A stretch of 60,614 nucleotides of DNA, the filler included, from Asterionella formosa (lineage: Eukaryota): NCBI GenBank assembly GCA_002256025.1. It is 9 parts of 9 records of this genome, joined end to end, with 100 filler letters (N's around TTAATTAATTAA, not from the genome) between each part and the next. Parts side by side here need not be neighbours in the genome. Positions count along the whole stretch, not along the records: positions 47,248 to 53,885 come from NKIB01012651.1; positions 53,986 to 60,614 come from NKIB01012652.1; 7 more parts are not named here. One strand, written 5' to 3'. This document shows positions 50,201-60,614 of the stretch, piece after piece. Below the pieces are notes generated by a model, which worked only from the letters and a program-made list of their open reading frames with translations, had not been told where the DNA came from and did no database searches. The position numbers were made by a program, and so were the translations under genes. Each line of letters starts with the position of its first letter. Positions within the stretch are counted from its first letter, which is position 1.

Positions 50201-51817
50201 TTTGAATGTTTTACTAATTTGGGCATATTGACCACCATAGGGACCAAGAAGAGTAGTGGTTGAACTTTGGAACCAGGCAACTTCAGGAGCATTAGAATTA
50301 CAATGCAAGGAGTGGATGCAGAGATTTCTGAGATAGTCCGTGAGTTCTTCTTCTGTAGGAGCTGGAATGGGGCGGAATCTTGGGAAGAATGGATTATCTG
50401 CATTGTAGGCAGCAAGATGATCATTAAATGGAGGGTCAGCTTCACTGTTGGAATGAGACTGGTCAGATGAGGAGGTGGATTCTGGTGGATCATCACCTGG
50501 ATCAGGATCATTATCGTTGTATGACTGGTGATGCTGGTGTGACAAAGAAGGACGAAGTGTAGAGGACTGAAGTGGTGGCTGCATACCTCGGCGGACATGG
50601 TAATTTTCCACAGGGTGCATAGAATAACGGTCGTTGTGCGTTATGGTATTTAAATTTAACCGTTCCTTTACGTAAGACTGTATGCAGGATTAAAATGTTA
50701 TTGAGTAGCTCTGCAGGTAACGTGGGAGTAGGGGAAGAGGGGAGAAGAACAGATGTACGAGTATCAACAGTATTCCCGTCTGTAAGAGTATCATACTGTT
50801 GGCTACTATAAGTAGAGCGGGCGTCCAAAGGTATGTTTAGAGTTATAGAGACTCGACTGTGGGGGGCAGTATTGAATCGCTCTTCAAGAGACATACGGTG
50901 GTAGGAATTATGGCGTCGACCACGTGCCGTGATGTGATCATGAAGCGGGTCAGATTGTATGCTGATCGTCGTGGGGTAAGGTACGACTTAATGCATAGTA
51001 GGATTAGTAGGAGCCTCTGATTGGACACGTGATGTTGCAGAAGGGGTTCCAAGTGTCTCGAGTAAAGATGCCAGCTGGCGATCCAAACCACGGAAAAGAT
51101 GCGGTCGGCTGGTAGGAGAAACGTCTGCGATACGTGGGTAAGTACCATGAAGGCATGTGGAACGTCGGGGTGCTCAGGGAGTGCAGATGGTGGTGTTGTT
51201 GTTCGTGTTGTACGAGCACGTTGGGTAGCATGGTCATGGTTGCTCATAGTTCGGGTGTATGTCGATTGTCGAGACGACATCCTGGTAAGAAGAGTAAACC
51301 AAAAAAGAATGTGTAGAGACTATGATTCTTTGTGTAGAGACTATGATTCGTCACTTCCACTTATCAATGCTTCTGCAATGGTATCACCTGGTACTCGGAG
51401 TACAGCTAGTAATCAGTACCACGTCACTGGTACGGAGTATATAACAGGTACTCTGATACTTCGGAGCTTCGGAGTACTTGAGGAAGTCTCGAGTACCGGT
51501 ACAGCTGGTAAGGCGGAATATGTACCTGATAGCTGGTACGGAGTATGTAACAGATACTCTGATACTTCGGAGTACTTGAGGAAGTCTCGAGTACCGTTAC
51601 AGCTGGTACGGCGGAATATGTACCGGGTATCTGGTACCTTGTACGCAGTGATAATTATGTAAGTAGTGTAGCCTATGCACTGTACGGAAGCTTGGTATGC
51701 TTTCTGTACGTGGATGGTGCTGTGGATGGGACGATCAGCGATTCGGTTGTACAATGAAGTAGATTGCACTACCGGTACGTAGGTTTGTACGGTCGAAATT
51801 GATATGACGAAAACACA
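47248..51817 (-). mobile_element. Degenerate Ty1/copia element, 5' half: putative LTR 51817-51310, long gag, protease, GAG-pre-integrase, integrase
   Basis: Integrase LIHMDFGF...RIRMDG...AYSSSQNGKAE...LWCFAV; CPIC; Cys/His knuckles; mutated protease VVTGANG. Putative LTR bounded by TGTGT...ACACA with a ~70-bp internal direct repeat. Several frameshifts. Confidence 0.8.
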
Positions 51818-52892
51818 AGTGATAACCTGCTCAATATATTTGTCCGCCCCGCCCTGATATGTATCAATGAACGTGGATGGTCTATCCAGATACCAAGGAT
51901 GCCAGTCACAGTGAAATGATTGAATTTTGTATCACAATTTCGCTATAGCAATAACAGTGGCGAAACGAAAAACGAAAAAGCAAGTACGATGATTGTCCTT
52001 GGTGCTTCTGGTTCACAAGTGAACCGCACGACACCCAGTTAGATAAACCCCGTAGCCGGCAACTATCGATGTACTGTAGATCAATAGCGCAACAAAGTAG
52101 TGCGTAGGTTTGCGATTACGAACGACGATCACCACGTAGTGTAATAATTTCGTGGCGGAAGATCTGACTCAACGAGAACGAACTACCGGAGTAGTGTATT
52201 GTGGTAACTGGTAAAAAGTACTTATGAAACACTCGTGCACAGATGATCGTTTACAGTAGAGTATTTTCGTAGCCAAAATAGTGTGAAGATATGAAAACGA
52301 TTCACGACGAAAAAAAAACGCCGTTGACGATGTTGCGAATGAAAAGCAGGCAACCTTTGAATGCCAAATAGCACTCTGTGAGAATATTCGAAGTTCCTAC
52401 GGGTGAATAGTCGTACGATCCCGGTATGAAAGTATCTGATGGGTTTCCTTTTTTTTCGGTTGTTGTTGGATTCGATTTGTAACTTGCTTCAGATGCCGAT
52501 GCCGTTTCCATCCAAGCTGCTGGGTCCTCCTTGACAATGTTTGGTGGCGATATCAGTATCGATTTGAGAGGTGGTATGGGCGATGTTACAGGTGTCATTC
52601 ATGTATATTCGAATGTTCCCGGTCTTCTCTTGTTGCCGTTTTGTGAGCGATCCAACTGATGGTTGATGAGTTGCCTTTTTTGGAAATGATGATACTATCT
52701 CATATAACTAAAATAGATTCGTTCGATATTGATCCTGTCTTATTGGTTATTAAACTACGTTTATTTGTATTTGATATTTGGTGGTTTCCCTCACGCTTCC
52801 CCTGAGCTTACAACGACAAAACGTCGTCTCCAGCCAGATTTACTTCTAACATTCTTCGTCGATCTCCTCGACTTCGCGGACTCGCTCCCAAC

Positions 52893-53030
52893 ATGGCTCA
52901 AGCAATCAATGCCCCTGCGGCCTTCGTCTTTGCACTCACGCCAGCTCTTGCCAACCCCGATCCTGTGGATTACATCTCCAACGAAGGGATGAAACTGTAC
53001 AAGTCTGCTACTGAGAAACTCAACCATGAA
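52893..53030 (+). pseudogene. N-terminal fragment of a CoDi-type copia gag
   Basis: MAQAINAPAAFVFALTPALANPDPVDYISNEGMKLYKSATEKL. A PBS-like TGGTGGTTTCC lies at about 52779. Confidence 0.6.
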
Positions 53031-53111
53031 AGTTGTTCTGGTAAGATTACCGCGCTATTTTGATGGCTATATGAGCAACGCTACTGATAACTCATATTGA
53101 TCTTCCTCTAC

Positions 53112-53213
53112 ATTCAATTGACATTGCAGCAAACCCTTTCAATTCAGGAGCATTCGGATGAAATCCAGGATTGAGTATTGAATTGAAAGGGTTTGCTGCA
53201 ATGTCAATTGAAT
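53112..53213. repeat. Perfect 35-bp inverted repeat with a 32-nt spacer
   Basis: ATTCAATTGACATTGCAGCAAACCCTTTCAATTCA (53112-53146) and its exact reverse complement (53179-53213). Confidence 0.95.
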
Positions 53214-53818
53214 CCTCGACTCAAATAAAAGAACTCTGCAATACAGTTGAATGGTGAGTGTGTTCTTGTTGTGTACCTAAATGCTAGTATGGCTTGTCAG
53301 CTCACGCATTGTTGTTGACAACAGGCAGGGACAATGAGGTCTGGAATGAACTGTGTGTTGCTTTCTGCTGTTGCTAGTTCTATCATGTACATTACTGACA
53401 CACTGTTGTTATGAAAATCTCTGCAGGTCAATGAAGAAGTCATTTCAAGTACAAGAAGGAAATCAGTGTGTGAGGATGCATTCATGTTGCAACTTTGTAG
53501 AATGATGCCTGTTCAAGAGTGAATAATTTCCCCCTTCTGAATGAATGGCTTCTCCTTGTCTTGCAATGTCCTTACAGATGTCTCATAATGCCTGCCTTCT
53601 CAAGACTGAAGATTCCATTCTGATAGAACAGCTTTGTTTGATTGCATATCGAGATTTGTTTCCCATGTAATGTGAAATACCGGTTGTTGAATTAGTAATC
53701 AACATCATTTGATAGTACTTTTAAATTACGTAAAAAAATTTAATACATTATGTGAACTATATTATAGAATTACGTGAACAAAAATTTAAGGCAATGTGAA
53801 CTGAATTACAGAATTAAT

Positions 53819-53885
53819 TGAAGTATTTCAAATAATTATGTGAAGTATTTCAAATAATTATGTGAAGTATTTCAAATAATTATGT
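53819..53885. repeat. 22-bp minisatellite, 3 copies, at the contig end
   Basis: TGAAGTATTTCAAATAATTATG repeated. Confidence 0.85.
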
Positions 53886-53985
53886 NNNNNNNNNNNNNNN
53901 NNNNNNNNNNNNNNNNNNNNNNNNNNNNNTTAATTAATTAANNNNNNNNNNNNNNNNNNNNNNNNNNNNNNNNNNNNNNNNNNNN
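53886..53985. other. Artificial contig linker
   Basis: N44-TTAATTAATTAA-N44. Confidence 0.97.
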
Positions 53986-55365
53986 TGTGCAAGACAGATG
54001 CCCTAGATGCGAACCTACGAATTCCCAAGGGCCTACTGCTCCAGCGACTCCAGTGCATACTAAAGGGCCGCCTCATTCGCCAGAAACACAATCTCAGCCT
54101 TCAACTCAAATTTCAACCACTTCAATTTCGTCTCCGATTGCTGAAGTACTTTCAGAGATGAAAACGAATGAGCAGGATGCTGACATTCAAAAAAGGGGCT
54201 TTTCAAGCTTCAGAAATTGGCTTATAATAATAATGACAACGACAAGGAGACGATTGCTGAAGCAGGAGGTATCGTTGCGATTCTGTCTGCGATGAAGAAT
54301 CATAAAGACAATGCTATTGTGCAATACTATGGTTGTGTAGCACTTGGGAACTTGGCTTCGAAGAATGACAAGAACAATGTGAAGATTGCTAAGGAAGGAG
54401 GTATCACTAGTATTCTGTCTGCAATGACAAATCATTATTACTCCACTCATGTGCAAGCATATGGCAGTGCAGCACTTTTGAGCTTGGCTGAGAATAATGT
54501 CAAGAACAAGGTGACAATTGCTGAAGCAGGAGGTATCGCTACGATTCTGTCTGCGATGACGAATTGTCCAAAAAATGCTGATTTGCAACACTATGGTTGT
54601 GGAGCACTTATGAACATGGCTGTGGATGAAAAAAACAAGGAGATGATTGCTGAAGCAGGAGGTATCGATATGATTCTGTCTGCGATGAAGAATCATCCAG
54701 AAAATGCTCATGTGCAACACTATGGTTGTGGAGCACTTCTTAACTTGGCTATGAGGGGCGAAAACAAGGGGACAATTGCTGTAGCAGAAGGTATTGCTAC
54801 GATTCTTTCTGCGATGATGAGTCCTTCCTCCAATGCTTATGTGCAACTCTATGGTTGTGCAGCACTTTGGACCTTGGCTGACAATAATGACGAAAACAAG
54901 GTGACGATTGCTGCAGCAGGAGGTATCACTTTGATTCTGTCTGCGATGAAGAATCATTCCTCCAATGCTAATGTGCAAGACTATGGTTGTGCAGCACTTA
55001 TGAACTTGGCTTTTAATGGCAACAACAAAGTGATGATTGCTGAATAAGGAGGTATCACTACGATTCTGTCTGCGATGAAGTATCATTTAGACAATGCTAA
55101 TGTGCAACTCTATGGTTGTGCAGCACTTTGGACCTTGGCTGAGTATAATGACGACAACAAGGTTATGATTATTGAAGCAGGAGGTATCGCTACAATTCAG
55201 TCTGCTAAGGAGACTCATCCAAAGATAAGTAATGTGGAACACTATGTTACATTAGCATTGCGGAGCTTGGCTTACAATAATGACAACAATCAGTTGATGA
55301 ATGCCAATGCTGTTGGAAAAGTCGCAATTGAGTCTGCTTTGCCGAAATGCAAGAAACAGGTATAG
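53986..55365 (+). pseudogene. Armadillo-repeat (aardvark-like) gene, ~8 x 43-44-aa repeats; frameshift in the A-run near 54190 and in-frame TAA at 55045
   Basis: Consensus NKVTIAEAGGIxxILSAMKNHxxNAxVQxYGCxALxNLA. 5' end cut by the contig edge. Confidence 0.8.
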
Positions 55366-55660
55366 GAGCACTTCGCATATTGACCCAACATGGGAGATGG
55401 TCATTATGGTAATATTTAGGAAGATCAATTAGTTTTTATTATGTAATTATGAAACTGTTATATTTTGATTACGAAATAGTGTATCTGTAATTGTGTAGTC
55501 AATCATTAGCAATGGCCTTCCGTTATGTTCTTGATGTGGCAGTACGGCGTAGTTACCGGTAGGTAACTTTAGTTCAAATTGTGTCCATACCATCGTACTC
55601 CCAGGGTCGTCAGTATACATACGTATTCAGTATGCAAGGTAAAATCACATCATATACTTA

Positions 55661-55883
55661 CTACCCTAACCCTAACCCTACCCTAACCCGTCCCTTTTCC
55701 CTAACCCTAACCCTGGATGCTCTATTGGGATGACGCCTAGAGGTGTCGTCCCTTTTCCCTAACCCTAACAGGACCAGGGATGTACAAAAATTAATCCCAA
55801 TTTTTACCCATTATTTCTAGTGAATATCATCCACATTTTCCTTAACTTACGTAGAAGGGGTCATCCCCTGACCCTAACCCTAA
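55661..55883. repeat. Interstitial telomere-like (CCCTAA)n element with hairpins
   Basis: Several CCCTAA runs, duplicated GTCCCTTTTCCCTAACCCTAAC, and hairpins at 55727-55752 and 55856-55869. Confidence 0.75.
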
Positions 55884-55926
55884 TTATATAGGCTCAACCT
55901 GGTTGTCGTAGACACATTACAAACAT

Positions 55927-58734
55927 TTAATAGTGATTTGGAGAGCCCCGAAGTCTCCTTCCTTCACTAGTAATTGAAATTCCATCACATTTGCTGGGAT
56001 TGCACTTCAAAACATAGCGAAAGTGACACGATTTAGAAACATTTCCAACGCTGTTGCAAGCCTCAGGAATCACTATTGGTGATCCATCTGTCTGTCCAAA
56101 AGAAACCCCATAAGCATACAGATCGACAATCGTAGCGCCATCAACACACATAGCAATATATTCATTGGGAATGCCACACTTAAGAGTCTGGTGACAAATG
56201 AGCTTGTTGTCTGCAGCAATGAAGTCTGTAGCTAGCCACTCACTTTTACAATCTTGGGTCACAGAAAAGGTTATAGTACCTCCATTTTGAGACATGATCT
56301 TGATTGGATTCACTGTCATCTTCTTAATGCAATTGTCAACAGGAATATCGTGTATGTCCGTGGACTTTGACTGCGACTCACAATTTAATTCTGCATTTGT
56401 TGAAGCACCGAGACCATGTGTCCCAGTCCCCAGTAGTTGGCGGGAACTAGTAGGATTAACATTATCTTTGGCAATCGGCCATGGTGATGAACCTGTTGGA
56501 ACTGGAGTAGGTGCCAATGTTGGTCCAGCAGTTGGTACTTTTGTCGCAATGGGCAAGCTGCTAGGTGATGTGCTTGGATTTACACTCATGCTTGGAAAAT
56601 AACTTGGCACACCAGGTGTAGGTGTTGGCAAAGGTGTTGGTCTTGGGTTTTCTATCTCAGGCTGTGGTGGAGCAGTGGATATAGAAGGCAATGGTCCTGG
56701 TGTTGGACCTGGCGTTGGGACAGGCCATGGCGTTGGTCCCGGTGTTGGTGGCGGCGTTGGTCCCGGTGTTGGTTGCGGTGTGGGTCCCGGTGTTGGTGGC
56801 GGTGTGGGTCCCGGTGTTGGAGGCGGTATTGGTGTTGGTGGCGGTGTTGGTGGCGGTGTTGGTGGAGGTGTTACATCCAAAGGAATAGGCATTAATGAAG
56901 GAGGATTAGTATCACACTTGTCAGGTTGAGTTTTGCTCTTGCTCCCTTTACTGCCCTTACTTGATCCTTTGCTACCAGATCCTTTGCCACCAGATCCTTT
57001 GCTCTTGGCTTCGGACGTTTCAAATGAAGAAGCAGTGGTTCCCTTACTGCCGCCTTTTCCGTTATCAGCATCAGCGGGTGAGGGGCTAGGACCAGTGGTA
57101 AAACTGTTTGGTGTATCGAGAGTAGCGGGTGAGGGGCTAGGACCAGTGGTAACACTGTTTGGTATATCGGGAGTGCTTGCTGGCTGACAATCTGCTGGGT
57201 CGTTACTTGATCCTTTGCTGCCTGATCCTTTGCTACCAGATCCTTTGCTACTGGCTGCGGGAGTCCCCTTACTGCTACCTGATCCTTTGCTCTTAGCTCC
57301 GGGAGTCGCAACTGGAGAAGCGGCGGTTCCCTTACTGCTGCCTGATCCTTTGCTACTAGCTCCGGGAGTCGCAACTGGAGAATCAGCGGTTCCCTTGCTG
57401 CTGCCCTTTCCGTTATCAGCATCAGCGGGTGAGGGCTGAGGACCAGTGGTAACATTGTTTGGTATATCAGGAGTGCTGGCTGGCTGAAAATCTGCGGGGG
57501 GGCACATTGAATCAGGCAAAATCACAACTGAAGCACTCTCCAAAGTATCGCCTGAAGTAGAATTCTGGGTAATCTCATAACCAGTGTTGGAGCCTGTCTT
57601 GGAGCCTTCCTTGGAGCCTTTCTTGGAGCCTTTCTTGGAGCCTTTCTTGGAGCCATTCTTGGAGCCAGTCTTGGTTTTGCCCTTCTTTCTTCTTGCACGT
57701 TGGAACTGCTCGCCGTAAAAATGAGGCGTGTACTCAAATCCTTCTCTGCTACCACTTTTGCCCAATATGCCAGACTTGCTAGAGGAGCTCGACGTGTTAT
57801 TTGTGTCCGTGTTCGTGTCGAATGAGGTGCATTGGTAGTTCCACAATGGGGCATTATAGGATTCGCCAGGACAAACAAAAATCACGTTCTTGCAAGCAGG
57901 ATGGTCGGAGGGAAGAATAGTGCCATCAAAGGTATCCGAACTTGTCGAGCCTTTGCTCCCTTTACTTGGGGATTTGCTCAATGTGCGAGTCCCGGACTTC
58001 CCTGACGAAGATTGGTCTTTTCCAGACTTTGACTTACCGCTATCGCTCCCAGGAGTCGTGTCAGACAGGATTTCGCCTGGATATTGGCATCTGCAAACAT
58101 ATGCATCTGTTGCATAGCCGCTGACGTCACTGTCATTGACTCCCATACTTCCCTTTGATTTACTTCCGGTCAAGACACGATGATATCCAAAGCCAACAAT
58201 ATCATTTTTGGTCCTTATTCCTTTCACCATTTCGTCATCGACCACGGTAAGGTGGTCAGACGATTTCGTGAAGCGAGTGGCGGCACTCTCACCGTTGTAG
58301 ACAGTGTTCTTTGTAACAGAAGCAATTGGGCCTCCTCTTGGATCAAACAATGATCGATACTTCGAATAGAGCGAGGCAGAGGTGGAAGAGATGGAGTCGG
58401 GGAGCACAGAATGGTCGGTACCAGAGGGGGTCAAGGAATTCCCCACGTCCTTATCTGCACTCTTGTCTTTGGCTTGTCCAAAGCTCTTTTCCCTCATTTC
58501 GGCTCCGTCAGCAAGCGATTCAAAGCTCTTGGGCTGTGTCTTGGATCGGTCAGCAGGTAATACGGTCACTGTGGTTCCCACTGCAAGCTCACCAGAAGAA
58601 GCAATGTACTCATCGCCAATCCCAAGCTGTGCAGCTGGCTCTGCATTACTGAACAAACAAATATATAAGAGCAAAAGACTACAAGCCAAAATCTCAACTT
58701 TGCTTTTTTTCCTCACAACAACCATGCCACTCAT
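55927..58734 (-). CDS. Secreted silaffin/cingulin-like low-complexity protein (935 aa) with a C-terminal Cys-rich domain
   Basis: N-terminal signal-peptide-like segment; KxxK motifs (KSGK, KGSK, KKGSKKGSKK) in Ser/Gly-rich tracts; RxL sites (RVL, RTL, RQL, RRL); PTP repeats. Intact single ORF. Confidence 0.75.
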   Translation of the reverse strand: MSGMVVVRKKSKVEILACSLLLLYICLFSNAEPAAQLGIGDEYIASSGELAVGTTVTVLPADRSKTQPKSFESLADGAEMREKSFGQAKDKSADKDVGNSLTPSGTDHSVLPDSISSTSASLYSKYRSLFDPRGGPIASVTKNTVYNGESAATRFTKSSDHLTVVDDEMVKGIRTKNDIVGFGYHRVLTGSKSKGSMGVNDSDVSGYATDAYVCRCQYPGEILSDTTPGSDSGKSKSGKDQSSSGKSGTRTLSKSPSKGSKGSTSSDTFDGTILPSDHPACKNVIFVCPGESYNAPLWNYQCTSFDTNTDTNNTSSSSSKSGILGKSGSREGFEYTPHFYGEQFQRARRKKGKTKTGSKNGSKKGSKKGSKKGSKEGSKTGSNTGYEITQNSTSGDTLESASVVILPDSMCPPADFQPASTPDIPNNVTTGPQPSPADADNGKGSSKGTADSPVATPGASSKGSGSSKGTAASPVATPGAKSKGSGSSKGTPAASSKGSGSKGSGSKGSSNDPADCQPASTPDIPNSVTTGPSPSPATLDTPNSFTTGPSPSPADADNGKGGSKGTTASSFETSEAKSKGSGGKGSGSKGSSKGSKGSKSKTQPDKCDTNPPSLMPIPLDVTPPPTPPPTPPPTPIPPPTPGPTPPPTPGPTPQPTPGPTPPPTPGPTPWPVPTPGPTPGPLPSISTAPPQPEIENPRPTPLPTPTPGVPSYFPSMSVNPSTSPSSLPIATKVPTAGPTLAPTPVPTGSSPWPIAKDNVNPTSSRQLLGTGTHGLGASTNAELNCESQSKSTDIHDIPVDNCIKKMTVNPIKIMSQNGGTITFSVTQDCKSEWLATDFIAADNKLICHQTLKCGIPNEYIAMCVDGATIVDLYAYGVSFGQTDGSPIVIPEACNSVGNVSKSCHFRYVLKCNPSKCDGISITSEGRRLRGSPNHY

Positions 58735-60614
58735 GTTTTAATACGCTTTGTTTGTGAACGGAGAAATTTTGAAATGGTATCTGATCTTTTCGCGTGAATG
58801 TGTTAATCAAAATTTTGATTGCTCTTGATAGTATTGATCAATGCACAACAATAGTGTTACTCGTTTTGCATCAAACTTTGCTAATTTTGTGATGCTTTGA
58901 ATGGACTTGATAGTAAAATGTGTTAGGTGCCCTATTTTTCAACGGTTGTAAAACAGATCCTCCGTTGCACACAATTTTTTATCCAGAAATATTTCCACTT
59001 GTTGTTCGGCATATATATCTATGCGTTGGATTTCAAACTCCGTTGTCTGAAACGTGAATGACAAACAAGGAGCAAATTGGATTTAGGGGATCCTATGCCA
59101 GGGCAATACTTTAAGTGCGTTGAGAATAAAAAAAACTTGCCCATTGACAAAAAACAAGAATTTTCTTATACATACATCATTCAACGCTAAGGGCCGTTCT
59201 CGACATCCCCAAATTTCAAGGCCTAGAGGCACTGGAACTGGTACGGGAACGTACATACCCAACGTACATACACGAAATATAATCAAGTCTCACCTGTAGG
59301 ATGAATATTGAACAATCTTTAATGAACATTCGGTACCAGGTACTGAAGTCGTGGCTACCTGGTACGCAGTTTACTGGTACCACCTAAAAACTGAGAATTA
59401 TCCTCTTTTTACCCTTTGTTACGACTCAATTTATTTTAGTCCGATTACATGATGATGTTGAAGCAAGTACGAAGGCTATTGTCGCTCATCCTATCAGGTC
59501 CTACAAGATCTAAATATTACTAGGATGAACTCAACATTTCTTGAGATATAAAAGTTACTAATGCCATCCTTGTGCTGCATTAGGACTACTCTCGGTATAT
59601 TTGTTTTTAATACATACCTAAGGAAATTTTAATATATTCGATTTTTTCCTGACCCTCCAATTGTTGCCACAAAAACGGTTTTATGCCACAATATTATTAG
59701 TCCGTTACATATTACTACCCTTTATTGTCCCTTTCGATGTTTTCTCCCTGTAATAATAGTCGGTTTCGACGATACTCCACATTTATTACCGTAGTTGGTT
59801 TCGGAATCAAATGCAACGTCAGTTATATATTTTAGTGACTGTTTAAGTAATATTTAAATACGTCTGTTGCGTAACAGACAACCACTTGTTGTTTGACAAT
59901 CCTCATACAGAAAATATGTAGGCCATACAATAACTGCTGGCGATGAAGCTGTGAACTGGTGGTACCAACTAGGTACCAACCAAAAACTGCGAAGTTTCTT
60001 AAATGATAAAATTCGAACCAAGTACGAACTTTTATGGAATGGGGATAGCTATCATTTAATAAGTTCTAAAGTAGAACATAGAGTTATGGCGATCTAAGCA
60101 ATTTAGTCTTACCCATTTTGATTAGTAACGTTGACTGTCAGTTCATATTTTTTAATCCATACATGAAGATTTTTTACCCCTAAACCGTTTTTTTAAACTC
60201 GATTGTACCACAAAAACTCTCGTGAAGCAAATACGAAGCATCTGTGCCATTTAATTTCCTCCATCACCTCTGCTTGCACCCACCAACACACCAAACCTTC
60301 ATCACTTCTGGTGAGCAAGGCTATCTGTTTGGTCTTCCTCTCACCCAATGTCATGAGTATGAATCATCACAACACCACAATGCATGCGCATGGAGCATAT
60401 AAGTAAATTACTTTTACTATAGTATCATATTTCACAAGAAGTATTACTCTCTTTCCCTTTTGTGCAAATTAGTCTCTAGACCTCATATACATGTCATTAT
60501 GTACCTCTAAAATGCCATTTATGGGACATCACTGGGAATACATTCAAGTACTACTCCTTCACAATAACAGTTCATATTAGACTATCCAATATTTCTGAAA
60601 TCACCACAGAACCC

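Noticed and set aside
6668..53985. Regularly spaced TTAATTAATTAA motif about every 6.74 kb
   Set aside because: Assembly concatenation spacer embedded in Ns; not biological.
55661..55883. True chromosome telomere
   Set aside because: The repeats are short, interrupted and internal to the contig, with genes on both sides.

Overview
Eukaryotic nuclear DNA, almost certainly from a diatom. The evidence is a PSTALRE-type CDKA2, CoDi-type copia gags, a silaffin-like KxxK/RxL protein, CCCTAA telomere-type repeats and short GT-AG introns. The window is not one locus. It consists of nine contigs of about 6.63-6.67 kb joined by identical 100-bp artificial linkers (N44-TTAATTAATTAA-N44), so adjacency across linkers means nothing. 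Host genes: mitochondrial intermediate peptidase, CDKA2, a three-repeat MYB, SEC13, a candidate nuclear 2OG-Fe(II) dioxygenase, a zeta-toxin-like P-loop kinase, an ankyrin-repeat gene, an armadillo-repeat gene and a secreted silaffin-like protein. Most of the rest is nested, decayed transposons: an RNase H-bearing non-LTR element, PIF/Harbinger, piggyBac, Plavaka/CMC, several copia and a gypsy. Highlights: (1) a DNA-transposon family with unusual 5'-CGTCTG termini, a 2-bp TSD and TGATCATA subterminal repeats, linked by shared end sequence to a Plavaka-transposase element carrying an uncharacterised accessory protein; (2) ARM and ankyrin arrays with near-invariant framework DNA and hypervariable putative binding-surface codons, resembling immune receptors; (3) a silaffin-like secreted protein; (4) candidate structured RNAs and hairpins.
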